From Chiloscyllium plagiosum (lineage: Eukaryota): a stretch of 64,000 bases of DNA. The stretch lies in NCBI RefSeq assembly GCF_004010195.1, contig NC_057718.1, positions 66,836,179 through 66,900,178 on the forward strand, in the 5' to 3' direction. The translations under genes were made by a program, and so were the position numbers. The notes below the pieces were generated by a model that was given only the letters and a program-made list of their open reading frames with translations, did not search any database and was not told the DNA's origin. The first letter of the stretch is position 1. Each line of letters begins with the position of its first letter. Positions 38,575 to 50,957 of the stretch are shown here, one piece after another.

Positions 38575-40204
38575 AGATTGTTTGAAGCCCATCCCATTTA
38601 GCACGATGATAGTGCCACACAACACAATGGTGAATATTCTCAATGTAAAGTTCATCTCCACAAGCCTCATGGATGCCCACTCTTGCATTGCTAGATTGTT
38701 TGAAGCCCATCCCATTTAGCACGATGATAGTGCCACACAACACAATGGTGAATATTCTCAATGTAAAGTTCATCTCCACAAGGTGTGTGGGGTGGTCACT
38801 CTTACCGATACTGTCATTGGCAGATGCATCTGCTGTAGATGGATTAATGAGGCTGAGGTCAAGTATGTTTTTCCCTTCTCTTGGTTACTTCACCATCATC
38901 CACAGATCCAGTCTAGCAGCTATACAGTCCTTTAGGACACAACCAGTTTGATCAGTAGTGCTGCTGCCCAGCCATTAGATATGTGGAAATCAGCAGAAGG
39001 TTTTCTTGCCCATATTTAACCTGATGCCATGAGACTTCATGCAGCCTGGAGTCACTGTTGGCCCAGGACAACTCCCTTCTGATTGTGTACCACTGTGCTG
39101 CCACATCTCCTAGGCCTGTCCTATTGGTGGGGTAGGAAATTCCCAGGAATAGTGATAATAGTATCTAAGACATTGCCTGCAATGTTTGATTCCTTGAGTA
39201 TGAATATGTCAGATATTGCTTGACTAGTCTGTGAGACAGCTCTCCCAATTTTGGCACGAACCCCCAGATGTTAATAAGGAAGACTTTGGAGTGGTAACAG
39301 GGCTGTTTCTGCTGTTGCCATTTCCAGTGCCTAGGTTGATGCTGAGCGATCCATTCAGTTTCAATTTTTTGTTGAGACTTCATAGCACTTGATACATCTG
39401 ATTGGCTCTCTCGGCAATTTCAAAGAGTAATTGAGAGTCAACATGATATCCTTCCTTGAAGGACATTAGTGAACCAGATGGAGTTTTCTGACAATCTACC
39501 GTGGTTTCATGGCCATCATTATATTCTTAATTCTAGATTTTTAAAATTAAATTCACGACTTACCAACTACTGTGGCAGGATTCAAACGTGGCTCCCCTGA
39601 ATTTTAGCTGTGTTTCTTGATTGATAGTTCTGCAGTAATACCACTAGGTCATTGCCTCCCCTAAATATGCAGCTTTATATTGTAGCACCCACTGTGACCA
39701 AGAATTCTCAATGTGTAAGTCAGAGCAGGTGTCTTTAGCTTGCGGCTTGCTAAAAGACCTCCAACCTGAAATCAGATGCCAACATTTCAGGCTACAATCA
39801 TGGGCACAACACAGGCACCTCATGCACCTGGACATTGGCCATAAGACAATAAGTAGTAGGAGCAGATAGAGGTGATTTGACCCTTTAAGTCTACTCTGCC
39901 ATTCAATAAGATCTTGGTTGATTTGAAAATCCTCAATTACACACATTCCTGCCCTATCCCCATAATCGATTAAAAATGTGTCTATCCCAACTCTGAATAG
40001 CCTCAACAATGGGGGCAATTAGGGATGATCAACCGAAGCTTATGTATTATCAAAGAATAAAAACCAAAATGTTGAAGTACAGTGGCCTTGAGGGAGCTGA
40101 GGGAGTTGCACTGTGAATCCTTGATCTATTGAGTCCCAGGGCTCAGGTCAAAGACGGGAAAGAAAACCTCCTGCTAAGATTTCCTACTGTCTGCTACCCA
40201 CACC

Positions 40205-43190
40205 CTGGAATTAAGAATCTACTGATGACCATGAAACCATTGTTGATTGTCAAGAAAACCAGTCTGGTTCACTAATGTTCTTCAGGGAAGGAAATCTACT
40301 ATCCTCACCTAGTCTGGCCTACATGTGACTCCAAACCCACAACAATGTGGTTGAATTGCAGTTATCCTCTGAAATGGCCCAGGAAGCCATTCAATTATAT
40401 CAATTGCTACGAAGTTTCAAAGGAATGAAATCGGACGGATAACCTGGCATTGACCTAGGCATCAGACAAGACAACAGCAGAAACAGCCCTGTTGACCCTG
40501 CAAAGTCCTCCTTATTAACATCTGGGGGCTAATCAAAATTGGGGCTAGTCAAGCAACAGCCTCATAGTCATACTCACTGTATCAAATCTTATAGACAATG
40601 TCCCAGACACTACCATAACCATCCCTGGGTATGTCCTGTTCCTTGGCAGGACAGGCCCAGCAGAGGTGATGGCACACTGGTATACAGAGGGGAGGCAGTT
40701 TGCCCTGGAAGTCCTCAATGTTAACGATATTTCATGGCTTCAGATTAATTATAGGCAAGGAAACCTCCTGCTGATAGCCATATACGATCCTCCTTCGGCT
40801 GATGAATTGGTACTCCTCCATGTTGAACAACATATAGGAGAAGCACTGAGAATGGCAAGGACACAAAATGGGGGATTTCAATCTCCACCATCAAGAGTAG
40901 CTTGGCAGTAGGACTACTGATTAATCTGGTCGGGTTCTAAATGAGATAACTGCTAGACTGGGTCTGCAGTAGGTGGTGAGGAAACCGACAAGAGGGAAAT
41001 ACATACTTGACCTCATCCTTACCAATCTGTCAGCTGCAGATGCATCTGTCCATGACAGTATCACTAAGACCGACCATCACACAGTCCTTCTGGAGATGAG
41101 GTCCTGACTTCAAATTGAGAAGAACCTCCATCGTGTTGTATGGCACTATCACCATGCTAAATGGGAGAGACTTCAAACAGATCTAGCAACTCAAGACGAT
41201 GCATCCATGAGGTGCTGTGGGCCATCAGCGGCAGCGGAATTGTACTCCAGCACAATCTGTAACCTCATGGTGTGGCATACCATCCACTTAACCATTATCA
41301 TCAAGCCAGGGCATCAACCCTGGTTCAATGGAGAGTGCAGGAGGCCATGCCAGGAACAGCAACAGGCATACCTGAAGATGAAGTGTCAACCTGGTGAAGT
41401 CACCAAACAGCATAAGCAGCAAGTGATAGAGTAAACGATTCCAAAACTAACAGATCAGATCTTAGCTCTGCAAACCTGCCACATCCAGTTGTGAATGGTG
41501 ATGTACAATTAAACAACTCACTGGAGGGGGAGGCTCCACAAATATCCTCATCCTCAATGATGAAACAGCCCAGCACATTAGTGGGAATGATAAGGTTGAA
41601 GCCTCTTCCAGTCGTCCCCGGCATTACAGTCTTCAGCCAATTTGATTCACTCCACTTGATATCAAGAAATGTTTGGAGATACTGGGCACTTCAAAGGCTT
41701 TGGACTCTGACAACATGTTGGCAATATTACTAAAGGCTTGTGCTCCAGAACTTGCCGCTCCCCTAGCCAAGCTGTTCTAGTATAGTTACCCAACATTGGG
41801 GAAAATTGCTCCTGTACATAAAAAGCAGAACAAATCCAACCCAGCCAATTGCTGCCCCATCAGTCTACTCTTAATCATCAGAAAAAATGATGGAAGCTAT
41901 CATCAACAGTGCTATCACACACCATCTGCTCAGCAATAACCTGCTCAGTGATGCCCAGTTTGGGTTCCGCCAGGGCACTCAGCTCCTGACCCATGACAAC
42001 CTTGGTTCAATCATGGACAAAAAAGCCAAATTCTAAAGGGAAGGTGAGAGTGAGAGCCTTTGACATCAAGGCTGCATTCAATCAATAGCAAGACTTGAAT
42101 CAATGGGTATTGGGGACAAACTCTGCACTGGTTGGGTATCGTACTAGGTCCATAGAAAACTGGGCATGGTTGTTGGAGGTCAGTCACCTCTGCTGCAGGA
42201 CATCTCTGCAAGAGTTCTTCAGAATGGTGTTCTACACTCAATCATCTTCAGCTGCTTCTTTAATGACCTGTCTTCCATCATAAGGTCAGAAGTGAGGATG
42301 TTTGCTGATGATTGCACAATTTTCAGCACCATTTGTGACTCCTCAGGTACTGACGCAATCCCTCCTGAAATGCAACAAGATCTGGACAATATACAGGTTT
42401 GGGCTGACAAGTGGCAAGTAACATTTGTGCCACACAAATGCCAGGCTATGACCATCAGCAATGAGTTTCAATCTAACCACCACCTTGACATTCAATGTGT
42501 TATCATCACTGAATCCCCCCACTGTTCACATCCTGGTGGTTATCATTGACCAGAAACTCAACTGGACTCACCACATAAATACTGGCTACAAGAACAGGTC
42601 AAAGGCTAGAAATACTGTTGCGAGTAACTCACCTCCTGACTCCCCATACCCTGTCCACCATCAACAAGGCACAAGTTAGGAGTGTGATGGATCAATCTCC
42701 ACTAGCCTGGAAGACTTCAGCTCCAACAACACTCAAGAATATTGACACCATCTAGGACAAAGCAGCCTACTTGATTGACACTACATACACAAGCATCCAC
42801 TCTCTCTACCACTGACACTCAGTAGGAACAATGTGCACTACATACAAGATGCACTGCAGAAGTTCACCAAAGATCCTCAGACAACATCTTCCAAACCCAC
42901 AACCACTTCCATCCAGAAGGACAAGGGAGCAAATGCATGGGAACACCATCACCTTCAACGTCCCCTCCAAGTCATTCACCATCCTGACTTGGAAACATGT
43001 TGCCATTCCTCCACTGTCACTGGGTCAAAATCCTGGAATTCCCTTTCTAATGGCATTGTGGGTCAACCCACAGCAAATGGACTGCAGTGGTTAAAAAAAG
43101 ATCACTATCACATTCTCAAGGGCAACTAGGGACAGGCAATAAACACTGGCCAGCCACTGATGACCACATCCCACAGATGAATATAAAAAA
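40205..43190 (+). mobile_element. Near full-length single-ORF LINE (APE + RT, CR1/L2 group) with DeuSINE-like 5' region
   Basis: Endonuclease start ~40500; IIKPGHQPWFN; FNDLSSIIRSEVRMFADDCT (42166..42549); 3' end gggcaactagggacaggcaataaa...gaataaaaaa. Confidence 0.85.
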
Positions 43191-43224
43191 CCCCTCTCTC
43201 CCTGAACTGATTAATCAGATAAAG

Positions 43225-44515
43225 TAAGGGTGACAGCCTTTGATATCACTATCACATTCGACTCAGAGTGCCATCAAGGAGCCCTAACAAAACTGGAATC
43301 AACGGATATTGGGAGCAAACTCTCCACTTGTTGGAATCATCGAGGAGAAAGTGAGCCCTTCCTGAAGAAGGCCTCATGCCTGAAACGTCGATTCTCCTGC
43401 TCCTTGGATGCTGCCTGACCTGCTGCGCTTTTCCAGCAACACATTTTCAGCTTGTTGGAATCATACTTGGCACATAGAAAGATGGTCGCAGTTGTTGGAG
43501 GTCAGACATCTTAGTGCCAGGACATCTCCGCAGGAGTTCCTCAGGGTAATATCTTTTGCCCAACTACCTTTAGCAGATGCATCAATGACCTTCCTTCCCT
43601 CATAAGGTCAGAAATCGGATGTGCGCTGATGACTGCACAATGTTCAGCACATGTCATAACTCTTCAGATAGTGAAGCACTCCATGTTCAAATGCAAAATG
43701 ATCTGGACAATACCCAGGCTTGGGCTGACAAGGGGCATGTAATATTCATACCACACAAATGCCAGGCAATGACTATCGTCAATAAGAAACAATCTAACCA
43801 CTGCCCCTAGACATTCAATGGTGTTACCATCACAAATTCCCCACTATCAACACCCTTGGGGTTACCATTGACCAGTAATCAACTGGACTCACCATATAAA
43901 TACAATATAACGGCTACAAGAGCAGGTCGGGGCTAGGAATTCTGCAGCGAGTAACTCACCTCATGACTCCCTAAACCCTGTCCACCAGTTGGAAGGCACA
44001 AGTCAGGAGTGTGATGGAATGCTCCCTACTTGCCTGGATTTGTGCAGCTCTAACATCACTCAAGAAGCTTGACACCATCTAGGATAAAGAACCCCACTTG
44101 ATTGGCATCAGCTCTGCAAACATCCACTCCCTCTACCACTGAAGCTCAGTTGCAGCAGTGTGGTCTATCTACAAGATGTACTGCAGAAATTCACCTGAGA
44201 GCCTCAGACAACACCTTCCAAATCCACCACCACTTCCAGCTAAAAGGACAAGGGGAGCAACTACATGGGAACAGCATGACTTGCAGGTTCCCCTCTAAGC
44301 CACTCACCATCCTGACTTGTACCACTGTCCCTTTACTGTTGCTGGGTCAAATTCCTGGAATTCCCTCCCAAATGGAATTGTGGGTCAACCCACAGAGGGT
44401 GGCTCTGCAGTAGTGCAAGAAGGTAGGTCACCACCACCTTCTCAAGGGCAACTAGGGATGGGCAATAAATGCTGATCAGCCAGCGATGCCCACAACCCAT
44501 GAATGAATTAAAAAC
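43225..44515 (+). mobile_element. Second, 5'-truncated copy of the same LINE family
   Basis: MCADDCTMFST...DLDNTQAWADK; same 3' end at 44450-44515. Confidence 0.82.
43341..43450. mobile_element. PLE pLTR fragment with short inversion and hammerhead core
   Basis: 14-bp TSD cttgttggaatcat at 43327 and 43451; CTGAAGA-AGGC-ctcat-GCCT-GAAACGTC. Confidence 0.82.
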
Positions 44516-45239
44516 ACTTTAGCACTCCTCCATGTCAAACACCAATAGGAGGAAGCACGGAGGGTGGAATGCCATGTTCATTAACGAGAATGGTTCAATG
44601 TCGTTGCTCCTGATTGAGTCCCAAAAGACAGAACTGCTAGATTTTGTCTGTAGAATGTAGTAAGCAAACCAACAAAAGGACAAAGTCTATTTGACCTCAT
44701 TCTCACCAATCTACTTGTCACAGATTTAGAAACAAAGATTTGTGTTCCCATGGAGGCTGGCCTTTTTTGTATTCTTTTATGTGCCACTGTATTAAATGGT
44801 TTGAAGACATACCCAGCACAAAATAAAAGGATTGTATTCTTGAATAGCAACAGTCATATCCCAGGAAACTACTATGACAAATCTGTAGTGTAATGTCCTA
44901 GACCTGAACATCCTCAGCTACTTATGATCTTCCTTGATCATAAGGCCAGAAATATTATTTGTGTTAAGAATCAATGTGTGGTATCATTCGCTACTCCTCA
45001 GATACTGAGTGGTTACTGAAATAGTCCATCTTCATTCACCATTAATTTACTCCATTCTCCATCTAATTGACAACGTTCAAGCCTGTGATGATTCATGGCA
45101 AGTAACATTTATACTACACAAGTGCCAGACAATAACTATCTCCAAAAAGAGGGAATCTAATCAATTCTAATTATTACCATTGCTAATTCTGCCATTCTCC
45201 ACATCCTTTGGTTTCAGATTGACTAAAAAACAAGTTTGA

Positions 45240-45609
45240 GGAGAAAGTGAGGGCTGCAGATGCTGGAGATCAGAGCTGAAAATGTGTTGCTGGAAAAGCG
45301 CAGTAGGTCAGGCAGCATCCAAGGAACAGGAGAATCGATGTTTCGGGCATGAGCCCTTCTTCAGCTACCACCATAAGTTTTCACTCCAACCACAGATGCA
45401 CTGAAGCTACTCTTTTAGACAGCACATACTAAAGCTGCAGCCTGTTCCATATGGAGGGAGAAGGGGAGCAGATGTAGGGAACACCACCATCTACAAGATC
45501 TCCTCTAAGCTGCACAAGGGCTGAAGAAGGGCTCATGCCCGAAATGTCGATTCTCCTGTTCCTTGAATGCTGTCTGACCTGCTGCGCTTTTCCAGCAACA
45601 CATTTTCAG
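45240..45609. mobile_element. Composite PLE insertion: inverted pLTR arms enclosing 150 bp of copied local DNA
   Basis: 17-bp TSD ctaaaaaacaagtttga at 45223 and 45610; 45367-45516 copies 46184-46333. Confidence 0.88.
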
Positions 45610-45839
45610 CTAAAAAACAAGTTTGACCAACCATAAAAGTACCATAGCTAGAAGAGCAAGTAAGAAGCTAGGAATTCTACAGCAAGTAATTCACTTCCTG
45701 AATTTCCAAAACTTGATAAGCATTTACAGAGTGTGATGGAATGCTGTCCAGTTGCCTCGATGATTGCAGTTTAACAACATTCAAGAAGCTAGACACTAAC
45801 CATGAAAAAGCAATTGATATGATTGACACCCCATTCACT

Positions 45840-46183
45840 CTGGCAGAAGATAACAGAGCATACAGTCTCTCACGGCCAGACTGTGTAACAGTTTCTTCCT
45901 CCAAGCCATCAGGCTCCTGAACACTGTATAATTGGACTCTTTTCAATCTGAAATTCTTTTGTATTGCTGCTAGAAAAATGTCTATTATCCATCATTCTTC
46001 ATCCATCATCCATTGTAACTTGGGTGCTTTGCACTTATTATGCACTTTACGCTGTGGATGATTGTGTAGTTGTGATGTCCCTGTAGCACCCTCAGTACTG
46101 GAGGAAAGGTGTCTTGTTTTTACTGTATTAGTTACAGACGGTAGAAATGACAAATAAAGCTGCTCTACTCTTTACTCTACTCG
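45840..46183 (+). mobile_element. Rex1/Babar LINE 3' fragment
   Basis: ARLCNSFFLQAIRLLN-type ORF end, AATAAA and (CTCTA)n-like tail. Confidence 0.65.
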
Positions 46184-46649
46184 ACCACCATAAGTTTTCA
46201 CTCCAACCACAGATGCACTGAAGCTACTCTTTTAGACATCACATACTAAAGCTGCAGCCTGTTCCATATGGAGGGACAAGGGGAGCAGATATAGGGAACA
46301 CCTCCATCTACAAGATCTCCTCCAAGCTGCACACTAATCAGACTTAAAATTGTTATGAACATTCCTTCATGGTTGCTTGGTCAAAATCCTGAACCTCCCT
46401 TCCTAATAGCACTGTATGTTTCCATACAACACATCGTCCACAGTGGTGGAAGACTTACAATCACCTCCAGGGCAATGAGATAGGTACAACTGTTGCAGGT
46501 CTGGCCAGTGATACACATATCTCAAGAAAGAATAAATTATTTTAAAAATGGCTGAATCTTGTGTGTTTTTAGCTAAATGCAAGTAGCATCAAGACTTTAG
46601 AGGCGTCCTCATTGCATAGCCTAGTGAGATCTCTCACCATACCATACCA

Positions 46650-47960
46650 AACTGACCTCATAGACAGGGTAACTGCTTCGCAGAACAATTAATTTCTGCC
46701 TTCAAAAAAGACCCTGAGCTTCCAGTTGCCTGCCATTTTAACACACCACCCTATTCCCTGGCCAATATCTGTTTCAGGCTTGCTGCAGTGTTCCTGCAAA
46801 GTTCAGTGCAAGCTGGAAGAACAACACCTCATTTTCCAATTGGGGACACTGCAGCCCTCTGGACTCAAAATCAAGTTCAATAATTTTAGGGCCTGAACTC
46901 CCCCATGTCCTAGCCCCCTACCATACACACCAGACCTTGTTATCACATAGTCTGCCAGTACACACTACCTGTTGTAAGCAACTAACAGTCTCTGTTAACA
47001 GATATTCACCCTCCCAGCCAGATCATTACAAAGGAACCTCAATTATCTGTACATCAATTATCTGAATATTGGATTATCTGAAGGAGATCTCGAGGTCCCG
47101 ACAGAAATATTACGTCAAAGAGTTATTTCAACTCTGATCGCATCTTTTGTTTACAGGTACAATGATTAAAAACAAACTCAGCTCACTGAAATGCTGCCAA
47201 GAACAGTCCTGGACAGTCCAGCTACTATCTCCAAATTACTGACCTCCCCCCTCTCTGTCTCCCCCCACCACTTTCCCTGGAGTTCTACACAGGGGTGTAC
47301 CCTAAATCCCCCTTCCCCAGATAATCTCTCCAACATTGTCCTGTACAGGGCAGAGTGAGATTTTGTCAAAAAGTTGCAGTAAAACGTTGTGTCCATATGT
47401 GTCTATGTGTGCAATTTGGAGACTTACCCCACAAAGGCAGCAGCAGTCTTACTGTTGGTGTACAGTCTGGCTGCCCCGGGGTGTGGGGGAAGGGGTGGAC
47501 AGGGACGGGTCGGTCGGGGAGCAGGGGTGCAGGCAGGGGTTGGTGGTGGGGGCGGTGTTGGACAGGGTTGGGGGCGGGAGTTCGCGTGCGGTGTGCTGTT
47601 GCCTAGACTCCTGAATGGGGAGCAGACTTCACAGAAAACTCCGCGCCCCAGAGGAAATCAATTAACCGAATAATCAATTATCCTAAATAGTGCCCGCCCA
47701 TCTCGTCCGAATAATCAAGGTTCCTCTGTATTGATTCCTTTGTCTGTCCAACTGTTCTTCTGTCTCTTTGGGCTCTGTTCCTACCTATAATTTACTCCTA
47801 ACACCCCCTACCCCCAACTTTTGCATATAAACCAACATTTTCTTAGCTACCATCAGTTCTGAGGACAGGTCACCGGACCTGAAACATTAACTTTAATTTC
47901 TCTTCACAGATGCTGCCAGACCTGCTAAGCTCTTCCAGCAACTTCTACTTTTGTTTCTGA
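46650..47960 (+). mobile_element. PLE 3' fragment (second family) split by a MITE
   Basis: PELPVACHFN...EEQHLIF.LGTLQPSGL GIY-YIG C-terminus; decayed hammerhead AGTT-CTGAGGA..GGTC-accg-GACC.GAAAC-ATT-AACT at ~47855-47892. Confidence 0.75.
47029..47728. mobile_element. Non-autonomous Tc1/mariner (pogo/Tigger-type) MITE, 700 bp
   Basis: TA TSDs (47027-28 and 47729-30); TIRs CAAAGGAACCTCAATTATCTG and CAGAGGAACCTTGATTATTCG; subterminal ATTATC(T/C)G repeats. Confidence 0.85.
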
Positions 47961-50798
47961 CCTCATTAACTACCTATGGCATCCCTTTAGCATTACTTAC
48001 ATCCAATTCTAGCCTCATCTTACTCAGAACAACTCACCACTGGATATCTACCAAAAAAACAGCATGTCTTGCACCTAGGGCATCTTTAAAAAGCTACTGT
48101 TCACCTGGACAAGCATTGGCGGGCAATATTGTGGTACAGCAGCCACAAAACCACACTGCTCACGACATATTCGGCAGTGTCCTCACTCATACAATCTCAT
48201 TCTCTCTCCTTTGACACTGTTTAATCATCACCCCCCAACATTGTTTACCCATCTAGCTACATCCCATCTAGCCACTTTCTCTAAGTCACCACTATTCTGC
48301 CCCTCATGTCTAGTGGGACCTGCATCTAATCATTGTCCATTTGGAAAACATGGCAATGAGACAAGCAATAGGTCAATTCTAAACTCAGCTTTTATTTACA
48401 CACACCAAAAGTGAACACAAGACAAAACTAATAGAGGCTGAAATTCACAGCTGCAATGCAGAGATCATGACCAATGACTATTTTGACGTCCATGCTGGTC
48501 TGCTACACTCAGCTGTCATCTATTGGAAGATCGGATTTTCTTGGGTTGGACCACCCAATCTCTGTCAAGGAAAGCTTCCTCCTCGCCAATATCCTCAGCA
48601 TCCTACTTGAAAGATTGCTGTCATTCTCCCAGTTTATCAGTATCACATTGCTTGCTTAAGATCAGAGCATGACAGGATGGTGCAGCACAGTGTCTGAATT
48701 ATACTGAGAGGCCATTCCGGAATGGTCTAAGCAGTGGAATTGCACCTTCGTCTGGCCTTCCTCTGTACCACCATTGTATCTATGCTCTGTATCAGTTGGG
48801 GTTGTAATTGGCATCATGAACGCATGGCTTATACCTTGTCTTCCAGTAATCAGCCTGTGGAGGCTATAGTGGTGGTCACTGCCAATACCTTTCTCTCCCA
48901 TTACTTATCAACTTTTAGGATGCTGTTCTGCCTAACCCTGGCACAACTGAAGTTTTTATCACTGTCATTGTCCCTACCATTATAAGTGTCTCTGCTTTAC
49001 CCCACCAGTCTTGACTCCTCCATCCCTACAAAGAATTTTGAACAAACAACTGACCAATCCCCAGCTCTGTGTTCACTACAGACCTCTGACTTCAGCAAGC
49101 AGCTCCTAGACATAACTAACAAGACCCTGACCATTGTGTTTGCTGCTCCCTAATTGATGAAACATGATTCCCTTAATTGTTGATGCTGGCCTTACAAGAC
49201 TAACCAATGCCCACTACCTGCACTGTTACCAGATATATTCCGAGTTGAGCCCAAACCATGAGGATAATTGAATGCATTCAAGCCCTGGACTGACTGCAGA
49301 CCTTGCTGCTGACTGATGGTACTGGAATATGTGAAAGACAACCCCTCTCACCTTGACTAGACTGATGACTAGGCCCCAACCAGTTTCTCTGATATAGCTA
49401 TTTAGTTGACCAAATGTGCGGTGTGTTTGTTACACAGGAGGCTGGCATATGCTTTAGGTACTTTGTGCACCGTGCACCAAGACATCTCCAGCCCCCATCC
49501 CATTGACAGAGACCTATTGACAAGCATAAGTAGCCTGTCTGCGGGTGCTAAAAAGCACATCAGTATGGATTACTGGCAGCCACTGGCTCTCACTCAAGTG
49601 CCATGTGTCAACACTTATGACAAGGTAAGGCAAGCAAGCCATGGATGCTGTGAACATGCAAGTATGTTGCTTATTGAGTGAGTGGTAAGAGAGCCAGTGA
49701 GCAGCCCTAAGACGTAGCCTGTCAGTCAATTGGATGCATGCCCCTGCACACAGTGTCTCAGCAGCAGATTTTCAATGCTTGTGGCCGGTATAACCTACAG
49801 TACAAGTCTGTACTTCCTATGTGAACGGCAGGTGGATAAGTTGTGATGGGTTGGCAAAAGTCAGATGCCAATGTCTGTTAGTGAGATGTGTGTGTGGCTG
49901 GAGCCTATTGATTGTGCCCTCAAATGTTCTGTACAGTGAGCAACATTCAGTCTGGTCACAGCCAACAGCAAGCTGAAGTTGCCAGGTACCTGTTCTGAAT
50001 TCCATGTCAAGAATTCTCGATGTCAAGCTTGCTTGGTGCATTTGGTAAGTTAGGAAGATGAATAGTAATGAGACAGGTTGTGGCAATGATAAGACATATA
50101 ACAAACTATAATCCCACTTAATGGGCAACTTGTCACTGTCTAGATGGTCAGCAAAAACATACAAAAACATGCAATGAGATGTCTCAAGCCATGTGATGGG
50201 TTTCACTGGACTTTGCATCCAATTCTGCCACAAATCTCACCATGGATCAAATACGTCAGACCATAAGATTGTGTCCACTCTTATTGTTTCAAACGTACTT
50301 TGTAAATATTGAGCAAACTTAATATTTTTGCCATCTCAATACTACCTATATTTTAACCCATCTATTGTTGTGGCCATACTTATGTTTCTTTTATTTTTTA
50401 TTTATTTACCTTTTTTATGTTTCTTGATTAAGTTGTGTCTTTTTTCCAGTCTTTTTTTTCTTATTATGTACTTAATGTATGTCCCTTTCTTAGCCCTCAA
50501 CTGTTTCCTTATGTCTTTGCTCACCGATGTATCCCACTGATATTTAGTTGTTCTTTCCTTGCAATGGAATATATTTTTCTTTAATTATTTCTCATTGTTT
50601 ATCAATATAGTTGCCCATTTTATTTTACCAAAATTCCATTTTCAAACTCAAAACCAGCTTTTCGGCAGTCTATTAACTTGTTTTTGTGATACTTACGTAC
50701 TATCGAGTTTAGAATATACAGTATTAGGATTTAATAATATGATAAATCATAATATAAATGTATTCCTTCTTTCTAATCAATTTGTTTCACTTCTACAG

Positions 50799-50957
50799 AT
50801 TCATGAGTGGGATGTAGGTATGACAAAAGTCTTGCATTTAATGTACTGGATTGGTATTGCAGTACTTTTTTGTCACTGGAATGCCTGTTTACAATTTCTC
50901 ATTGTGATGATACAAGAATTTCCTGAGAATAGTTGGGTGCACATTCAAGATCTTGAG
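50799..50957 (+). CDS. Internal coding exon of the same HCN-like channel (S5 helix and turret)
   Basis: Acceptor tttgtttcacttctacAG and donor GTGAGA at 50958; 159 nt, phase 0/0. Translation IHEWDVGMTKVLHLMYWIGIAVLFCHWNACLQFLIVMIQEFPENSWVHIQDLE matches HCN [49 protein letters not shown]. Lies within ORF 50559..50993. Confidence 0.93.

Larger units (their letters stand above)
35140..39662 (-). mobile_element. Near full-length single-ORF LINE with tRNA-like head and DeuSINE-like 5' region, interrupted by CR1 and PLE
   Basis: Reverse complement of 40205-43190; KVFLINIWGFVPKLGELSHRLVKQ. Box A-like TGACCTAGTGG (~39651-39641) and box B-like GTTTGAATCC (~39587-39578). Confidence 0.78.
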
